Positions 35,441 through 48,234 of a stretch of DNA of 64,000 bases are shown here, one piece after another. A program made the translations under genes and the position numbers. Location: assembly GCA_013239625.1 (NCBI GenBank), contig MU054662.1:8063062-8127061 (forward strand), written 5' to 3'. Origin of the DNA: Lama guanicoe (lineage: Eukaryota). Numbering within the stretch: position 1 is the first letter of the stretch; each line of letters begins with the position of its first letter. Under the pieces are notes generated by a model, which saw nothing but the letters and a program-made list of their open reading frames with translations, did no database searches and had not been told where the DNA came from.

Positions 35441-36439
35441 GATGGTACCCAAGCCAACTCTCTGGCCCTGAGCTGACCCAGTCCCTGGCAAGCCACTGAG
35501 TAACTGAGGCCATGTTTGATCAGAGATCTGCTTTTCTCACTCTCCTTTGATGCTGACATGGTGTAATTCTCCACCTAGGAACCCCCACGGCCCACCTCCA
35601 CCCCACTGCCTTCAGCAGGCTGCCGTGTACTTGCAGCTGGGCTCAGAGCCCTCCAGGGAGGATGGCCTCCAGCTCACCTCCCCAGCTGACCTCCCTTTGC
35701 TGGAGAGAGGCCAAATGTTGGGGAGCTCTTGGTCACCCCATGTCCCAGGGGAGCCACAGGGCCATTGGGATTGGGTCAGGCCCTCCAAGGTCAAGGCTGT
35801 CTCCAACTCAGCGCCATTGCCAGGAGCTGTCATGCAGAGCCAGGCCCTAACATACAGATGGTGCCTGACAAGGAAGCAGGGCAAGTGTGTGGGCTGGGAG
35901 TCCCCAGGCCTCTCCTCTTATGGCTGGACACCCACCCAGTGGGGGGCTTGGGTCTCCCCTCCTGCCTGCCCTCTCCACCTCTTTTCCCGGAAGGGCTGCA
36001 GGAGTCAGGGTATTTCTGAGTTGTGAGAAGCCTCTGGAGTAGTGTGGCTGTCCAGCTCCAACCTGAACCCCCCGCTCAACCAGCTCCCCAGGCCGCAGGG
36101 CAGCCAGTTCCACCGCCAGGTGGCTCTTCCTCTTACTAACCTGAAACCTTCCTCCTATGCTTCCCCCTAGACAGGGAGATGTGTGAGGGGCCGCTTGCTC
36201 AGAGGTCAGGCCTCTGCCAGCTCCAGGTTCTAGAAGGGACACAGGCTGAGTGGGCCCGGGCCTCTGCCTGGTGTCCCCCGTAGACTCCTTGTTGCTCCCG
36301 TGCTGGGTGCCGGGAACCAGGCAGCAGGTTCCCTTCGCGCAGACAGCTGTGTCTTTGCATCTTCCAAAACCTTAACCCCCACGGAGGTAGGAGAGGCGCC
36401 AAGCCCAAGCGTAACCTACATCCCTTACTTTTGATTCTG

Positions 36440-36640
36440 CTTTTCAGTTTTCATAGTTTTTTCCCGAGCTTGTTTCTCTTGTGACCCTCAAACCACCCTG
36501 AGGGGTGTTCATCACTCTCACTTTTATGGACGAGCAAACGGGGTACAGACGAGTGCTGCGCCTGAGGTCACGCAGCTCATTTGTGGCAGAGCTGGCGCTG
36601 GGCCCCAGTCTCCAAGTTTCCGGTCGCAGCCCAGCTACCC
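36440..36640 (-). mobile_element. MIR SINE (diverged)
   Basis: CACTTTTATGGACGAGCAAACGGGG...CCTGAGGTCACGCAGCT...GTGGCAGAGCTGG. Confidence 0.6.
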
Positions 36641-37869
36641 TGCCACGTCCCCAGGCAGGCCCCAGGCATAGGGAAGGATGCAGGTGCCATGGTGAGCCCT
36701 TCCCTAACCAGTGAGACCCTACACTTGCCTCGGCCTCCTCCGCCCTGAATCAGGCTGTCCAGCATCAGGGCCTCTGAGATCCCTCCCAGCCTCAAGGCTC
36801 CTGCTTTATCAGAAAACTGCCATTTAAATGTTTCTCCTTCTGCCTTCGGGAAACGTTGACAAAAATGGAGGACAGAGCTGAATCAGCATCGCAGAACTGT
36901 GCAAGGAATTGGCCTTCCATGCAGAGCCAGGCTCTAGGAAAACAGCACAGAAAAAGGCCCCCAGTGTGCACCTTACCACTGAAGGACGTGGAGGCTGGTG
37001 GGAGAGACGGGCAGTCCTCCACAGAGAGAAGTAGAGCCGTGTTCATGTCAACGTGTTCACTGCCCAACCCTCTACCCACCCTCCATCCACACTGCCTTCC
37101 CAGCCGCCCCAAGACACGTGACACCTCTCTGAGCTAGGGGCTTGATATAGGCCAATCCCAAAAGGCTTCTTAAGAATGCAGGGAGGTTGCCAGGCTCTGG
37201 AAGCAGCAAAGAGCAGGGCTGGAGGGGACCCTCCACACACGCAGGGAACGGGTCTGCACACGAGGGCTTGGCAACCTGGCGGATCCAGAAAATGGCTCTG
37301 GGCCTCTCCAGGGAAGGCGGCGCAGGTGGGGCTGCTTAGGTAGAAACCAAGAACTGCCGACACTCTGGGCCCCAGCCCCAGGGACCTGCTCGCCCAGCTC
37401 TGGCCCCAAAAGGAAGACTTTCCATTCCCCTTCCCTGGAAGCCCCCTCACTTACGGGAAGCTGGGTGTTATCTTAAGGTCTGTAAATGGCCTGCCTGCTT
37501 TTCCAGCTGGAACTGTTCATTGAGAACAATTAGCATGCAGTTGAGAGCTGGAGTGGAGCGTATGGCCGGGGGTCCCTGGGAGCCAGAGTGCAGCAGCCCA
37601 AGAAAGAGGGGCGGAGGGGTGTTTGGAAAGAGGGGTGCTCCAAGCAGATCCTCCAAGGAGGGACCAGAGGTGATGGCTTATGCAAGATGCCTTTTGCATC
37701 CCAAGTTGTGAATGCCTTCAAGGTCCCTTAAACTGGCATTTTATGTCAGGAGACTCAAGCAGCCTGGGGAACGTCCTTCTCTGGGGAGCTTGAGGGCAGA
37801 CACCCCGGGTCTGTGCTGGGGTGAGGGTGGGGATCCTGAGTGGCTCGTATTTACCCAGGCACCCTTTGG

Positions 37870-38000
37870 TGTTCATTCATTCCCTAAATGCTGACTGGAG
37901 GCCCATTCTGTGCTGAGAACTGTCCTAGGCATTAGAGAGACATCTGTGAAGAAGACACACCAAGGTCCCTGCCCTCATGGCATTTTCACTCTGGTGTGGA
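37870..38000 (-). mobile_element. L2 3' end
   Basis: TTCATTCATTCCCTAAATG...CTGTCCTAGGCATTAGAGAGACATCTGTGAAGAAGACA...CCCTGCCCTCATGG. Confidence 0.8.
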
Positions 38001-38875
38001 ATGCCTGGCACGGCACAGAGGTCACTGCTGAGCGCGTTAGAGGGCAGGCTAGCCTTACCAACCAACAGGGGCAGCACTATGATTGCCTTTTTACATGCAA
38101 GGAAGTGGAAGTTGTCTGAGCTAGGAAGTGGTGAAGTCTGGATGGGAACCCATCTGGCCCAATGCCCGTGGCACTCACCTTGCCTCAGAGACAGACAAGA
38201 TGCCCAAGTCCACACAGACAACCTCCAGATGGTCTGTGCAGCCACCGAGTCCCGGATTCTCCAAGTGGGAAGATGGAGGGAATTGCTGTGGCCTCCGTCT
38301 TTCCCAGAGGAAGAGGGGATCCTGGAGATTTAGTGACCTGCCTACGGTCATGTCCAGTCACACTGTCATAGAACAGGAACCTAGAGGTTCTTTCTATGGA
38401 ACCGTGCTAGCTTGTCAGGGCTTCTCAGCAAGCCCACAGCTGTGTTCTCAAAGAGAGCCAGCCCCTCGCCAACTCCAGAGAGGGTACACCCTCTCCAGGG
38501 CCCCACCTGCACCGCCTGTCCCAGGTCAGAGGGGCTCCTGGGCTGGACAGGGGCTGACTCAAGGAGCCTCCCCCTGGCCGGGATTTGGCCCCCCTGGGGA
38601 GGGGGCTGAGAAGCAGCATGGGCAGCCACCCCAGCCCTAGTTTTACTGTGCTCCAAGGAAAGGCTCTAAACAGGTGTCAGGTGTCTTGCAGGGTCAGGAG
38701 CTAAACAGCACTCTGTCTGGAAGAAAAATTGCAGTAACAGCATCGGGGGCAACTGCGAAGGTGGAGGGGAAGAGAGAGAAGAGGCAAACTGACCGTAATG
38801 CAGTGCTTATGAGACTTAAATTGGAGCCCAGGGCAGGTAAAGAACAAAGCTATAAATCCAGCCTCCTGGAAGAAT

Positions 38876-39031
38876 NNNNNNNNNNNNNNNNNNNNNNNNN
38901 NNNNNNNNNNNNNNNNNNNNNNNNNNNNNNNNNNNNNNNNNNNNNNNNNNNNNNNNNNNNNNNNNNNNNNNNNNNNNNNNNNNNNNNNNNNNNNNNNNNN
39001 NNNNNNNNNNNNNNNNNNNNNNNNNNNNNNN
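38876..39031. other. N-block 5 (156 bp)
   Basis: Run of N in unique sequence. Confidence 0.95.
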
Positions 39032-39451
39032 TTTCCTTTTTTTGTCTTTTAATGGCAGAAATTAAAATCTCCTTAAGCCATGAGCCATCACTCCCCAAGG
39101 TGAGCCCCCAAAGCAGTTCTGCCAGGGACCCCTCCCCTCACCCAGGGGGCAAGGTGGCCTCCCCACTGAGCCTAGCACACCCCTCCCCTTCCCCTGGCCC
39201 CTAACGGCGCTGAACGCCTGCCTGGCAGCAGGTGGCTGAAAAGGCTGCGAGGTTTTATGGGTCTGCCCCAGTAGACCCTGTCTCCCACCAGTTGCCAAGT
39301 TGGCCGGTTGCTCCTGACTCACAAGTACCTAATGCTGGAGACATTCAGGCCCTGGAGCGCGGCCAGCAGGCCTTGTGCAGGATGGCACTGGCTGGCTGGG
39401 CCCCGGGTGCTCTCCACTGGCCCTTCTCCTCCCGGTGCCAGCTCTCTCTCT

Positions 39452-39637
39452 NNNNNNNNNNNNNNNNNNNNNNNNNNNNNNNNNNNNNNNNNNNNNNNNN
39501 NNNNNNNNNNNNNNNNNNNNNNNNNNNNNNNNNNNNNNNNNNNNNNNNNNNNNNNNNNNNNNNNNNNNNNNNNNNNNNNNNNNNNNNNNNNNNNNNNNNN
39601 NNNNNNNNNNNNNNNNNNNNNNNNNNNNNNNNNNNNN
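39452..39637. other. N-block 6 (186 bp)
   Basis: Run of N; 420 bp from block 5. Confidence 0.95.
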
Positions 39638-39999
39638 AATTCAGCGGCCACGTTCCTTCGAGCAAATGTTATGGAGGAATAAATGACTTGCCGAGTGTGC
39701 TGCTGCAGCGGGGCTGGGGACAAGTGAGCAGCTTGAAAACGCGGGCTCTGGACCTTAGAGCCCCCACCACGGCCGTGGAGGGGTCGGGGGCTCATTCTGA
39801 GTCTGACCACAGACTCTCTGTGGACCCTGAGGCCAGACCCTCTCCGTTCTGTTTCTGTTTCACACAACTCCCATCTTTCTTCTCAGTGCTATCCTGGAAG
39901 AATTGGCCAAGAAAAAAGGATTCAAGGCATCAGGCTCCTAGGCGGGGCTGAGAGGGTGATGAGTAGCTTTGGTACATTAATGAACAGCATCCTCCTCCC

Positions 40000-40262
40000 C
40001 ATCACTCCCCCCATGGTCCCAGTACACATCACACTCATCTCTGGGACAGCACTTATCACCTGTTTTTTGTGGGTTTTTTTTTTTTTGTTATTTGTTTACA
40101 TGGCTGTGTCCCCTGCTATACCCAGGCCCTCCTTACAAGCTGCGAACACATCTTAGTCTTTTTGGTGACCTAGCACAGAGCAGAGGTCTAATATGTGTTG
40201 GTTGAAAATGGGGATGCATGGATGGATGGGTGGATAAATGGATGGATAGATGGATGAATGAC
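40000..40262 (+). mobile_element. L2 3' end with (GGAT)n-like tail
   Basis: CAGCACTTATCAC...TTGTTTACATGGCTGTGTCCCC...CCTAGCACAGAG...GGATGGATGGGTGGATAAATGGATGG. Confidence 0.7.
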
Positions 40263-41444
40263 AACAGAAAAAAGATCCAGAAATGAAAACAGACCATAAG
40301 ACAAACAGGAATTGACTTTAGAGACTAAGGGGAAATAGTTAAAACATGTGTTGCACAAAATCGTAAGTGTGTCAGCGTGAAAGGAACTTAGGGATCTGCC
40401 GCTGTGCTCATCTTCAGGCACATGACGCCCAGAGGAGTTGGGTGCCAACCCAGGACGAGCACTCTGGACCACAGTTCAGAGCTCTGCCAGCTACCACCTT
40501 GCCACTAACATGCAGGCTAACGCTATGCAGAAGAGCCCTTTTCTGCTCTCAAGGAGTGGCTTCCTGGGGGAGAGGACACATCAGGCACAAAACCAACCTA
40601 CCATACTTCGAGGCAGAGCACAATGAATGCGGCAGCGGGACGTGTCTTCAGTTCAGAGACTTGAAGGCACGACCAAGGATATGGGTCTTGGAGGATGAAC
40701 AAAACCGGAAAGGGCAAACTCGGAGGGGAGGGAGAACGTCTGAGAAGAGAGAGCAAAGGCACAGAGGTGGCTGGAAGGAAGAACCCCTCACAAGTATTAA
40801 TTCGTATCGGGTGCTAAGTGCACAATCCGGAAGCCCGTTTGGCTGTTGGGTGGGCCTTCCTTAGACTGTGCCCCTTTACTGCTCCTTGCTACGCCCTCCT
40901 GCCAAGTTATCAGCTTGTGGTCATGCCATGTGGTCAGCTCTCTGGCTTGTGCCTGGGCTGGGCCTTGCCAGCTTCACTGGCCCTCGGAGCTCCAGAGGTG
41001 GCAGCCACGCCCCTGCTGTTCTTTCCCACCTCTGCCCAGTCCTGCTCACACCCCAGAGGAAGATTAAACAGGAGCCACATTCCTCCCAGGAATGTCAGGA
41101 GGTGGGGAAATCTCTGTGAGAAGCACCAGGGAAAACGCTGGCTCTCTTCCAAGTGCCACACGTCATGACCACTGTGATCTCTCCCAGAGCAGTTCCCCAG
41201 AATGAAGGACCAGATTTATTAGCTGGCAGAGGAGATGGTGACCTCCACAATGTATTCGAAGGACCCTGGAGAGGCTTCGCCCCAGTCAGAAACACTTCCT
41301 CATTCAGAGTTCTCATGCTGCCCTGGAGCTGGAAGGGGCCCTGGAGGTCAGCTGGTTTACCTGCCGTGCTGTGTTGGCACGTCCAATAGGCAGACTTCCG
41401 TTCTCTTCCTAACACTCCTGGCAAGGGCAGCTCTCCTTTGTTGG

Positions 41445-43250
41445 GGCAGCTCTCACTGGTAGATCTCCCTCACCTGAAGGTGAAATTTGTCTCTGTCACT
41501 TCCACTTTTCTGTTCCGCTCTCTGGGCAGCGCAGTGTAAGACCAATATTTCCTCAGCATAATAGCTCTTTAAATACCGAAGACAAGACGCATGCCCCTCC
41601 CTAGCTCTTCTGTTCTGCAGGTATGTACCTGCCTTTAGCATCCTAGCCTTCCTCCTTAGATGCAGTCCAGATTATCAGTGCTCCTCTGATGAAGAAAACA
41701 TGGTTCTCCAGCGCGGTCTGAACCGTGGCTTCCTTCACCTGGACTTGTAGGAACACAGCCTCAGATCACAATTGCCTTTTTACTGTTTTTGGCAGCCACA
41801 TCACAACACTGGTACTTATGGAATTTTTAGCCAAACGTCCCTGTTTTTTTTCATATGTGATGCTTTTAAGCTCCATCTCCCTCACTTATACAGTTTCCAT
41901 TTTACTCCAACAGTATCAATTTATATTCCTCTCTATTCAACATCTCCCTGCTTTCAACCTGTGTTTCCTGTCTCGCAAGCTCTTTCTCCATCTTCACTCT
42001 GTCTTTAAACACATTAACTATCCCTTCAGTGTGTGGAGGAGTAAGTACACCTTCCACAACGTCATGCAAATTGTCAGTAAAAATGCTCCGCAGCGCAAAG
42101 CTGGTTATCTCAACATGAAAGGCCTCCCTCCAGACTGAAATCTACTAATCAATATTGACTGGGGACAATTACAATCTACCGAAAAGTTCGCCTACCACTT
42201 TTCCCATCCAACTTACTCTCCTTTATTGAACTATAGTTGAAGCACAATATTATGTTAGTTTCATAGCGATGCTATACAGTGAGCTAGTGATTTGATATTT
42301 GCATATATTACAAAATGAGCACCATGGTAAGTCTAGTAACCATCTGTCCCCAGGCATCCACTTACTCTTCCATTCTGTCCTGTCCTGTCCAGAATGATGT
42401 CATGGAAGATGTTGTAATTTATCTTGCTGACATCAAGATACTTTTCAGAATATTCCTTGTCTACCAACCTAGGAATTTTATTTTTTTTTTAAGGGCAGTA
42501 AAGTCAGTTTGACGGGACTGTTTTTCAGTGAAGCTGTTCTGGTTCTTGGACATCACTTTTTTGCTTCGTAAATAATCCAATTGAGAATTTTCATTAGCAA
42601 TGAATATCAAACTTACTATTATGTAGCTTCCAGAATCCGATGTTTACTGCTTCTATGAAAATACAACTTTTGCGTATTTCCGTCTCTAAAAACGATTTCT
42701 TTTGATCAGTTCACGAACAGCTAACAGTGGTTCTACAATCCTGTCTTTAAGTTCTTTCCTTGCTTCAAGATGTGATTTGCTGGTGTCCGCAGCCTTGACT
42801 TTATTTAAAGCTATAAGATACTGGTTTACCACCTCCTCACCTATCTCAAACTTGAAACCTTTATAAAATCATTTTTCTGGTTTGATGATGTTGTCCTTGA
42901 AGAAAACAAAGCAAAGTGGGAGTTAAATCATTTGCTTTCCTTCTGTCATCTGTAATCTCCTATGTCTGCCCCGGGCTGTAGCTGCCTCAATCCTTTATTT
43001 TTGTCTCTTTCCATTTTGCTTCAAGTATTGCTTTTTAAGAGAGAGTGGAGAGGGGAGTGTGCAGAGGGAGAGTGTGGAGGGGGAGGTGGGTGTTTTCAGA
43101 CTCCACTTCATTCTGGTCTTTGGCCTTCCTAGTGCACTTTGAATAGGTTCAGGCTACACTTGTGTGTTGCTTCTTGTTTATAAGCCCCTCCTTTCATCTT
43201 CTGCACACGTGCTTCTAAATCATCATGGAGCTCAGATATGAAAATTCAGA
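41445..43250 (-). mobile_element. L3/CR1 LINE, about 1.8 kb of decayed RT-coding region
   Basis: ORF 41453-41641(-) LRYLKSYYAEE...KFHLQVRE resembles the CR1 C-terminal FKYLKGCYKEE...RFRLDIRK; reverse complement near 42500-42550 resembles the QHGFTKNKSCQTNL RT motif. Confidence 0.8.
42221..42352 (-). mobile_element. 5'-truncated LINE-1 3' end (laurasiatherian-type) inserted in L3
   Basis: TTTATTGAACTATAGTTGAAGCACAATATTATGTTAGTTTCA...ACCATGGTAAGTCTAGTAACCATCTGTC; TSD CATCCA(A)CTTACTCT at 42205-42219 and 42355-42368. Confidence 0.85.
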
Positions 43251-43339
43251 CAAAAGGTGTGATATCCATTACATTTCACTTTCCCCATTAGAAAGGCAAA
43301 GGTCAAACCCTCCCCTCTTAGAAACATAATTAGCAATGC

Positions 43340-43740
43340 AATTCAACCTAACCAATATTTTTTGATCACCTCTTAAGCCAAAGGCATGGTTCCAGGCACA
43401 GTGGTTGATACAGAGGTGAACAAGAATTCAACACGATGGAGGTGGCTGACACAAATGACCACAGCTCCAGAAGGGATGAGACAAAGATGACAATGCTGGT
43501 TTACACAAAGTGTTGGGAGACCCTAAAGAAAGAGGGGCCATTTCTGCCAGAGAAGATCCAGGAAAGATTCATATAGGAGGTAGCATCTGAGGTGGTCTTG
43601 GAAAGCTGGGTAGAATATCAGAAGTCAGAGATGCAGGGAAGGCTATAAATTCCTTAGGAAGGCAAGAAGGTAAAGAAGCAAGATGGTGTTTGTAGAACAG
43701 CAGATGACTTTGTATGATAAGACCATATGGTGGACTGGGG
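43340..43740 (-). mobile_element. L2 3' end
   Basis: ATTCAACCTAACCAATATTTTTTGATCACCT...GATACAGAGGTGAACAAGA...GGAGGTAGCATCTGAG. Confidence 0.75.
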
Positions 43741-43909
43741 GTAGAATATAGCCCCACACATTCACTCCAAGCTTTCTTCTCTACCCCAGTGTCCTATCCA
43801 AATGTTAGGCATAACACACCCTCAGATAAACTCACCAGCACCTCCTCTAAACCTGTTCTTCCTCTGTAATCCACTCCCCTTTTTTGATGACATCACCATC
43901 CTCCCAGTA

Positions 43910-44105
43910 AACTGAACACTGAACTTAGAATCAAAAGATCTGCATTTGAATCTAGGATCCAGCTCTTCATTTCTCTGAGCCTCTATTTCTTCATCTGTAA
44001 AATGGGGGAACAGTGCCTAACTGCCCTCCTCGTGTAGGAGAGTCGTGAGGATGAAACAAGAAAATGTGGAAGGAACTGCTTTGTAGATGGTGGCGTGCTG
44101 TATGC
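43910..44105 (+). mobile_element. MIR SINE
   Basis: TTCTCTGAGCCTCTATTTCTTCATCTGTAAAATGGGGG...GTCGTGAGGATGAAACAAGA. Confidence 0.85.
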
Positions 44106-44719
44106 AGGCTAGAACCTCATCACTCTGATGACTCTGGTCCCTGGATGGGTGCACCGGGTGGTGAGTTGTCCTGGATGAAACTGACGTTTCCTGGGGACGG
44201 TGCCTGAAGACCCTTGTGGGGGGAACTGGGAAGGGGAGCAGGGCAGGGTGGGGAAGCCGGAGGCAAAGGGAGAGATGTGGGAAAGGCCGTTTGGAGGTTG
44301 CAGACCCAAGCCCATTTTGGTTGGGACTGAAGCAGGCTGTTTTTGAGATTCTTCAAAGCTGTTGGAGTTCACACTGAGTGTCGGGCTCTGTGGGGAGTCA
44401 CCCTGCCGTGCCTCACCTCCAGAGAGCAGGCTGTGAGGTGAAGCAGGAGTGTTTCTCGGCACCTTCCAGCAAGACGCCTAGTGCAGAAAGGTGTTGTGTG
44501 GGAGGCAGGGAAAGGCAGGGCCAGAAGGGGCCTCGGGTCTCAGATAATTCTGATGCAGACACACCTGCATCCTTCCTGGCTACCCTCTCCATGTGCCGCA
44601 CACTGCGGGCCCTCTGAACACGAAGATGACACAGCCACCATCTCTGACTTCAGAGGACGCCTTGGGAAGTGCCGGTACTTAGCCCACGTGTGTGCTCGGA
44701 GTCACAGGAGCGCAGAGGT

Positions 44720-45200
44720 GGAAGTCACTGTCTGCCAGAGAGGAATACTGCTGAAAGCCTCCAGGGGCAGAGAGCCCAGAGGTGAATCTTCAGGAATGTG
44801 TGGTCGTTCAGGTAGACAAGGCAGGAAGGGCAAGCCAGGAGGAGAGCGCAGCAGATGCAAAAGCTCAGGGACCTGAGAAAGTGTCTTGAGCTCCCGGAAA
44901 CATCTGTTACCGTGTGCCTGGAGCGCGGGGTGAGGTGAGGGAGGAAAGAGGACGCAGTGGGAGGGCAGGGTGGGCATAGACAGTGGGGTCAGGAAGCAGA
45001 GGGTATTTAAAGTACCTTTAGGAAGAAGTATCAGCATGTGATGGAAAGTAGGAGATGAGAGAAGGGGGAGGAAGGAAAAGAGGTGAGGGCGTCTCCAGGT
45101 TTCCTTCTTGGGTGCCTGCAATGACGATGCTGCCATTCATCCGAAACAAGGAAAAACGTGGGGAACCAAACGGGGAGAGTGGGCAGCATGGAGATAATGG
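44720..45200 (-). mobile_element. L2 fragment (diverged)
   Basis: GCAGATGCAAAAGCTCAGGG...TCTCCAGGTTTCCTTCTTGGGTGCCTG...TGCTGCCATTCA. Confidence 0.55.
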
Positions 45201-45559
45201 GGTCATCGCTGGGCGGGGCTGAGTGCGGGGCGGGGCTGCCATGGGGAATCTAGGCAACTCTGCCTCCTTCAGTTTTCCATCTAAGTTCTCCTGCCCCAGG
45301 TAGAATGTACTTTGTCTCTCAGTTGTATTATAGTCCCTTGAGGGCAGAGACTGGCTCTTACTCACCTTGGTACCCTGAAGGCAACCCTGGCGTCCTCATA
45401 GCCTCCACGGTCACACACCAGTCCTTCACCTTCTCTGCCTGAGTTGCTTCATGCACTTGACAGTACCTCGAAGGCCACACGGAAAAGCAGACACACGCGG
45501 TGTGAGTCCTGGCCGCACCCCCACCAGCCGTGTGTGAGGAGCATGCTGCCTGACCCTCT

Positions 45560-45753
45560 AGTCTGTGTTGTCTAGTTTTGTAGCCACCAGACATGTGTCT
45601 ATTAAAATTTAAATTAAATTAAATTAAATTAAAAATTCAGTTACTCAGTCACACCAGCCACAGTTCAAGCGCTTGCCAGCCACGTGGTGTCTACGGTACT
45701 GGATGGTGCAGACAGAGAACATCTCATCGCAGAGAATCCTGCTGGACAGTGTA
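45560..45753. mobile_element. MER3-like MITE
   Basis: GTAGCCACCAGACATGTG...AAATTAAATT...AAATTCAGTTACTCAGTCACACCAGCCACA...AGAACATCTCATCGCAGAG...GGACAGTG. Confidence 0.85.
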
Positions 45754-45759
45754 CACGGG

Positions 45760-45865
45760 CACCTACCTCACAGGGTCAGTGAAGGTCGCGAGATCACGTG
45801 TGTGGAGCTAGGCACGATGGCCAGCACACAGGAACCTTCAGTAAACATCAGCTGTTATTATTCAG
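45760..45865 (+). mobile_element. MIR 3' half
   Basis: ACCTACCTCACAGGGT...CAGCACACAGGAACCTTCAGTAAACATCAGCTGTTATTATT. Confidence 0.75.
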
Positions 45866-46989
45866 AATGAGCTGGGGGCAGAGCTGAGGGCTAAGAGGGC
45901 TGTCATCTCCTGTCCTTGGGGAGAATAAATGGATTCATGGGGAGAGTTGAAGGGGCCTCAGTGTGCACTGAGAATTTGGGGTTAATGTGAGTAGCAGATC
46001 TTTGAGAACCTCCAGAGAGAGGCATTTTGGGGACTTCAGTGACACTAAGATGATCTGGAAAAACAGGGGTGGTGCCCCGCTGTGACATCACTTACCTGTG
46101 GATCTGGGTTTGGATCTGGCTCTGGGTCCTGGACTGCAGCAGATGGTCTGGGACCTGGGGGCGGGGAGGGGATGGGGACCCCGGCTCAGAAGTCCATCTG
46201 TGTGGTAATAGCGGGAAAGGCACGGAGCTCGCGTCCAGATGGCCCGGTGATTTCTCTTCCTGAGTGCGTGCTGCACCTCTGCACGCCCTTGCCCCTCTTT
46301 TGTGCCCTGCATGTTGGGGCTGAATGAACAGGATCCATCACCGAACTGGAGCCTCAGGAAGGGGAGAGGGGTTGTTGCAGGGGGCCCGGCGGGAGGGAGT
46401 GATGCTAGATACCAGCAGCTGGGACGAGGGAGGCAGTGCTGCTGGGGGACACCCCTTCCCGGGGGCCATCAGAGAAAGCCTGCGTTCCATTCCTGAGCCT
46501 GGAACCAGCTGGCAGAGGTTTTCCAGTGAGGATGCCCCTTGGTTCCCCAGCCCAGCAGACAGCCCTAGCTGAGGAGCTTGGATGGACAGACCCTGGCCTA
46601 TCCCTGATCAGCATTCTCCCTGAAGGGAAAAGCAGAATATTCACTTTGGCTGGGAAGAGGGCTGGGGCAGGGAATCCTGGTGCAGTGGGAAAGCCCCGGC
46701 CACAGGGTTCTGACCCAGGCACCCCCCTCTCACTGATCCTCCCCGTGGCCCCAGAGTCATGCCCCTCTGGTTATCAATCTGGTCAAGGGACTGGAAAGGT
46801 CATCTCGAAGTCCCGGCCAACCCTCTGTTCCACCAGCGTGTGGAGGGTGGAAGGGAGAGGGTGAAGTGACGCGTTTTCCTTGGACTGAAATCTGCTCAGA
46901 GACCGGAGACTCTGTTGTCTCATCCCAGCAGCTCTCTGCAGCCTTCCCGTCCCACCTCCTCCCTCCTCTCCTCCCTGGTAGGATGGATT

Positions 46990-47300
46990 GAGGCAATGTG
47001 GAGAAATCCGAATAACTAATCAGAGTCCTCATTAACCCCCTGCCAGGATGCTCAAACATTCACTTTGCTGTTTGTGAAGCAGGGAAAAAAAACCCCTCTC
47101 CCCACATTAAAATTGATGCGTTATTAATCCCTGCGCTCCCGACCTGGCGGCCGCTTACCCCGTCCTGCCTGGGGCCCAGCGGCTCCGGCTCCACCTCGGG
47201 CCGCTTGCACTTTCTGTTATTTATTGGACCAGCGCAGAGAGGCCTCTCTTCACAGGGAGCGGGCTTGGCGCCAGCTCAGAGGCAGCTGCTTTGTTTTCTC
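46990..47300. promoter_or_regulatory. Candidate conserved enhancer
   Basis: Repeat-free; CTAATCAG 47016, TAATCC (K50 homeodomain) 47125, CATTAA, AATTGATG, FOX-like TGTTTG, local CpG cluster. Confidence 0.35.
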
Positions 47301-48234
47301 CCTGGTGGGCTGGGCCCCACCCCAGGGTGCAGCTGCCAGGCTGCCACAGGCTGCTGGGGTGGGTGGGCAAGTAAACGGTGGGGTGGACGGGTCTTTCTCC
47401 AGACCTGCGGGGACCCAGTGAGCTGCTCTCTGTTTCAGACGAGCCAGTCCAGTGGTGGGCTGGGCTTTGAAGGCCTTAGCGTTTGTCTGGCCCAAAAGCC
47501 GATCCTTTCTGCACACCTGGGACCACAGTGCCCCACGGCCCCCCTGGCACTGCCCCACACCCCAGCCCCGAAGCTGTTCTCTGGCTCTCCACCCGGGCAG
47601 GTAGCCTACGTTGCACACCCTCCGCGGAAGAACAGGAATCCACAAATAGGCATCACGTGTGGGACCTTGAACCAGAAGCTGGGGGAGGGGATACCCGAAG
47701 CCATTCGAGGCGCAGTTCCTGTCCTCAGGGAGACTGCACTGCAGTGGGGTCAACTTGTCCACACACACAAAGAACCTTGCTGGAGGGAAGGAGAGAGGGA
47801 GAGAGGGAGGGGACCTGAGCAGTAGAAAAGACTCCTCTGGGTTCTCCAAGCCTAAGATGCTGTGAGAAGGAGCGTGGAGAAAACAAGAGCTGCTGTGAGG
47901 CCCTCATTCCGTCTGCTTGGTTCTGGCCCAGCCCCCTCTCATTGGCTGTCCATCTGCCCTGTTCGGGTCTGTCCACATCTCCTGCCTGTCTTGACCTATG
48001 ACCTCACAGCCAGTGCCGAACTGTGTGTAAACTACATTTTGTGGCCCTCTGGATAACATGTTCCTAAAGACAGCTTTGTAGGGAGAAGGAGGAAAGGAGA
48101 ATGAGCCAAAAGTGGAGGATGAGAAGAAAGAAGCACTTCACCCCTCGCTCTTATTTCCCATCACTTTAATTTACTACGCTGAGCAGTGGTCAGAGATCAC
48201 CTTCCTGATCTTTGACTCCTGTTGGGGAGGATGA

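Noticed and set aside
45603-45637. (AAATT)n run resembling a homeodomain site array
   Set aside because: It is the internal AT-rich segment of the MER3-like element.
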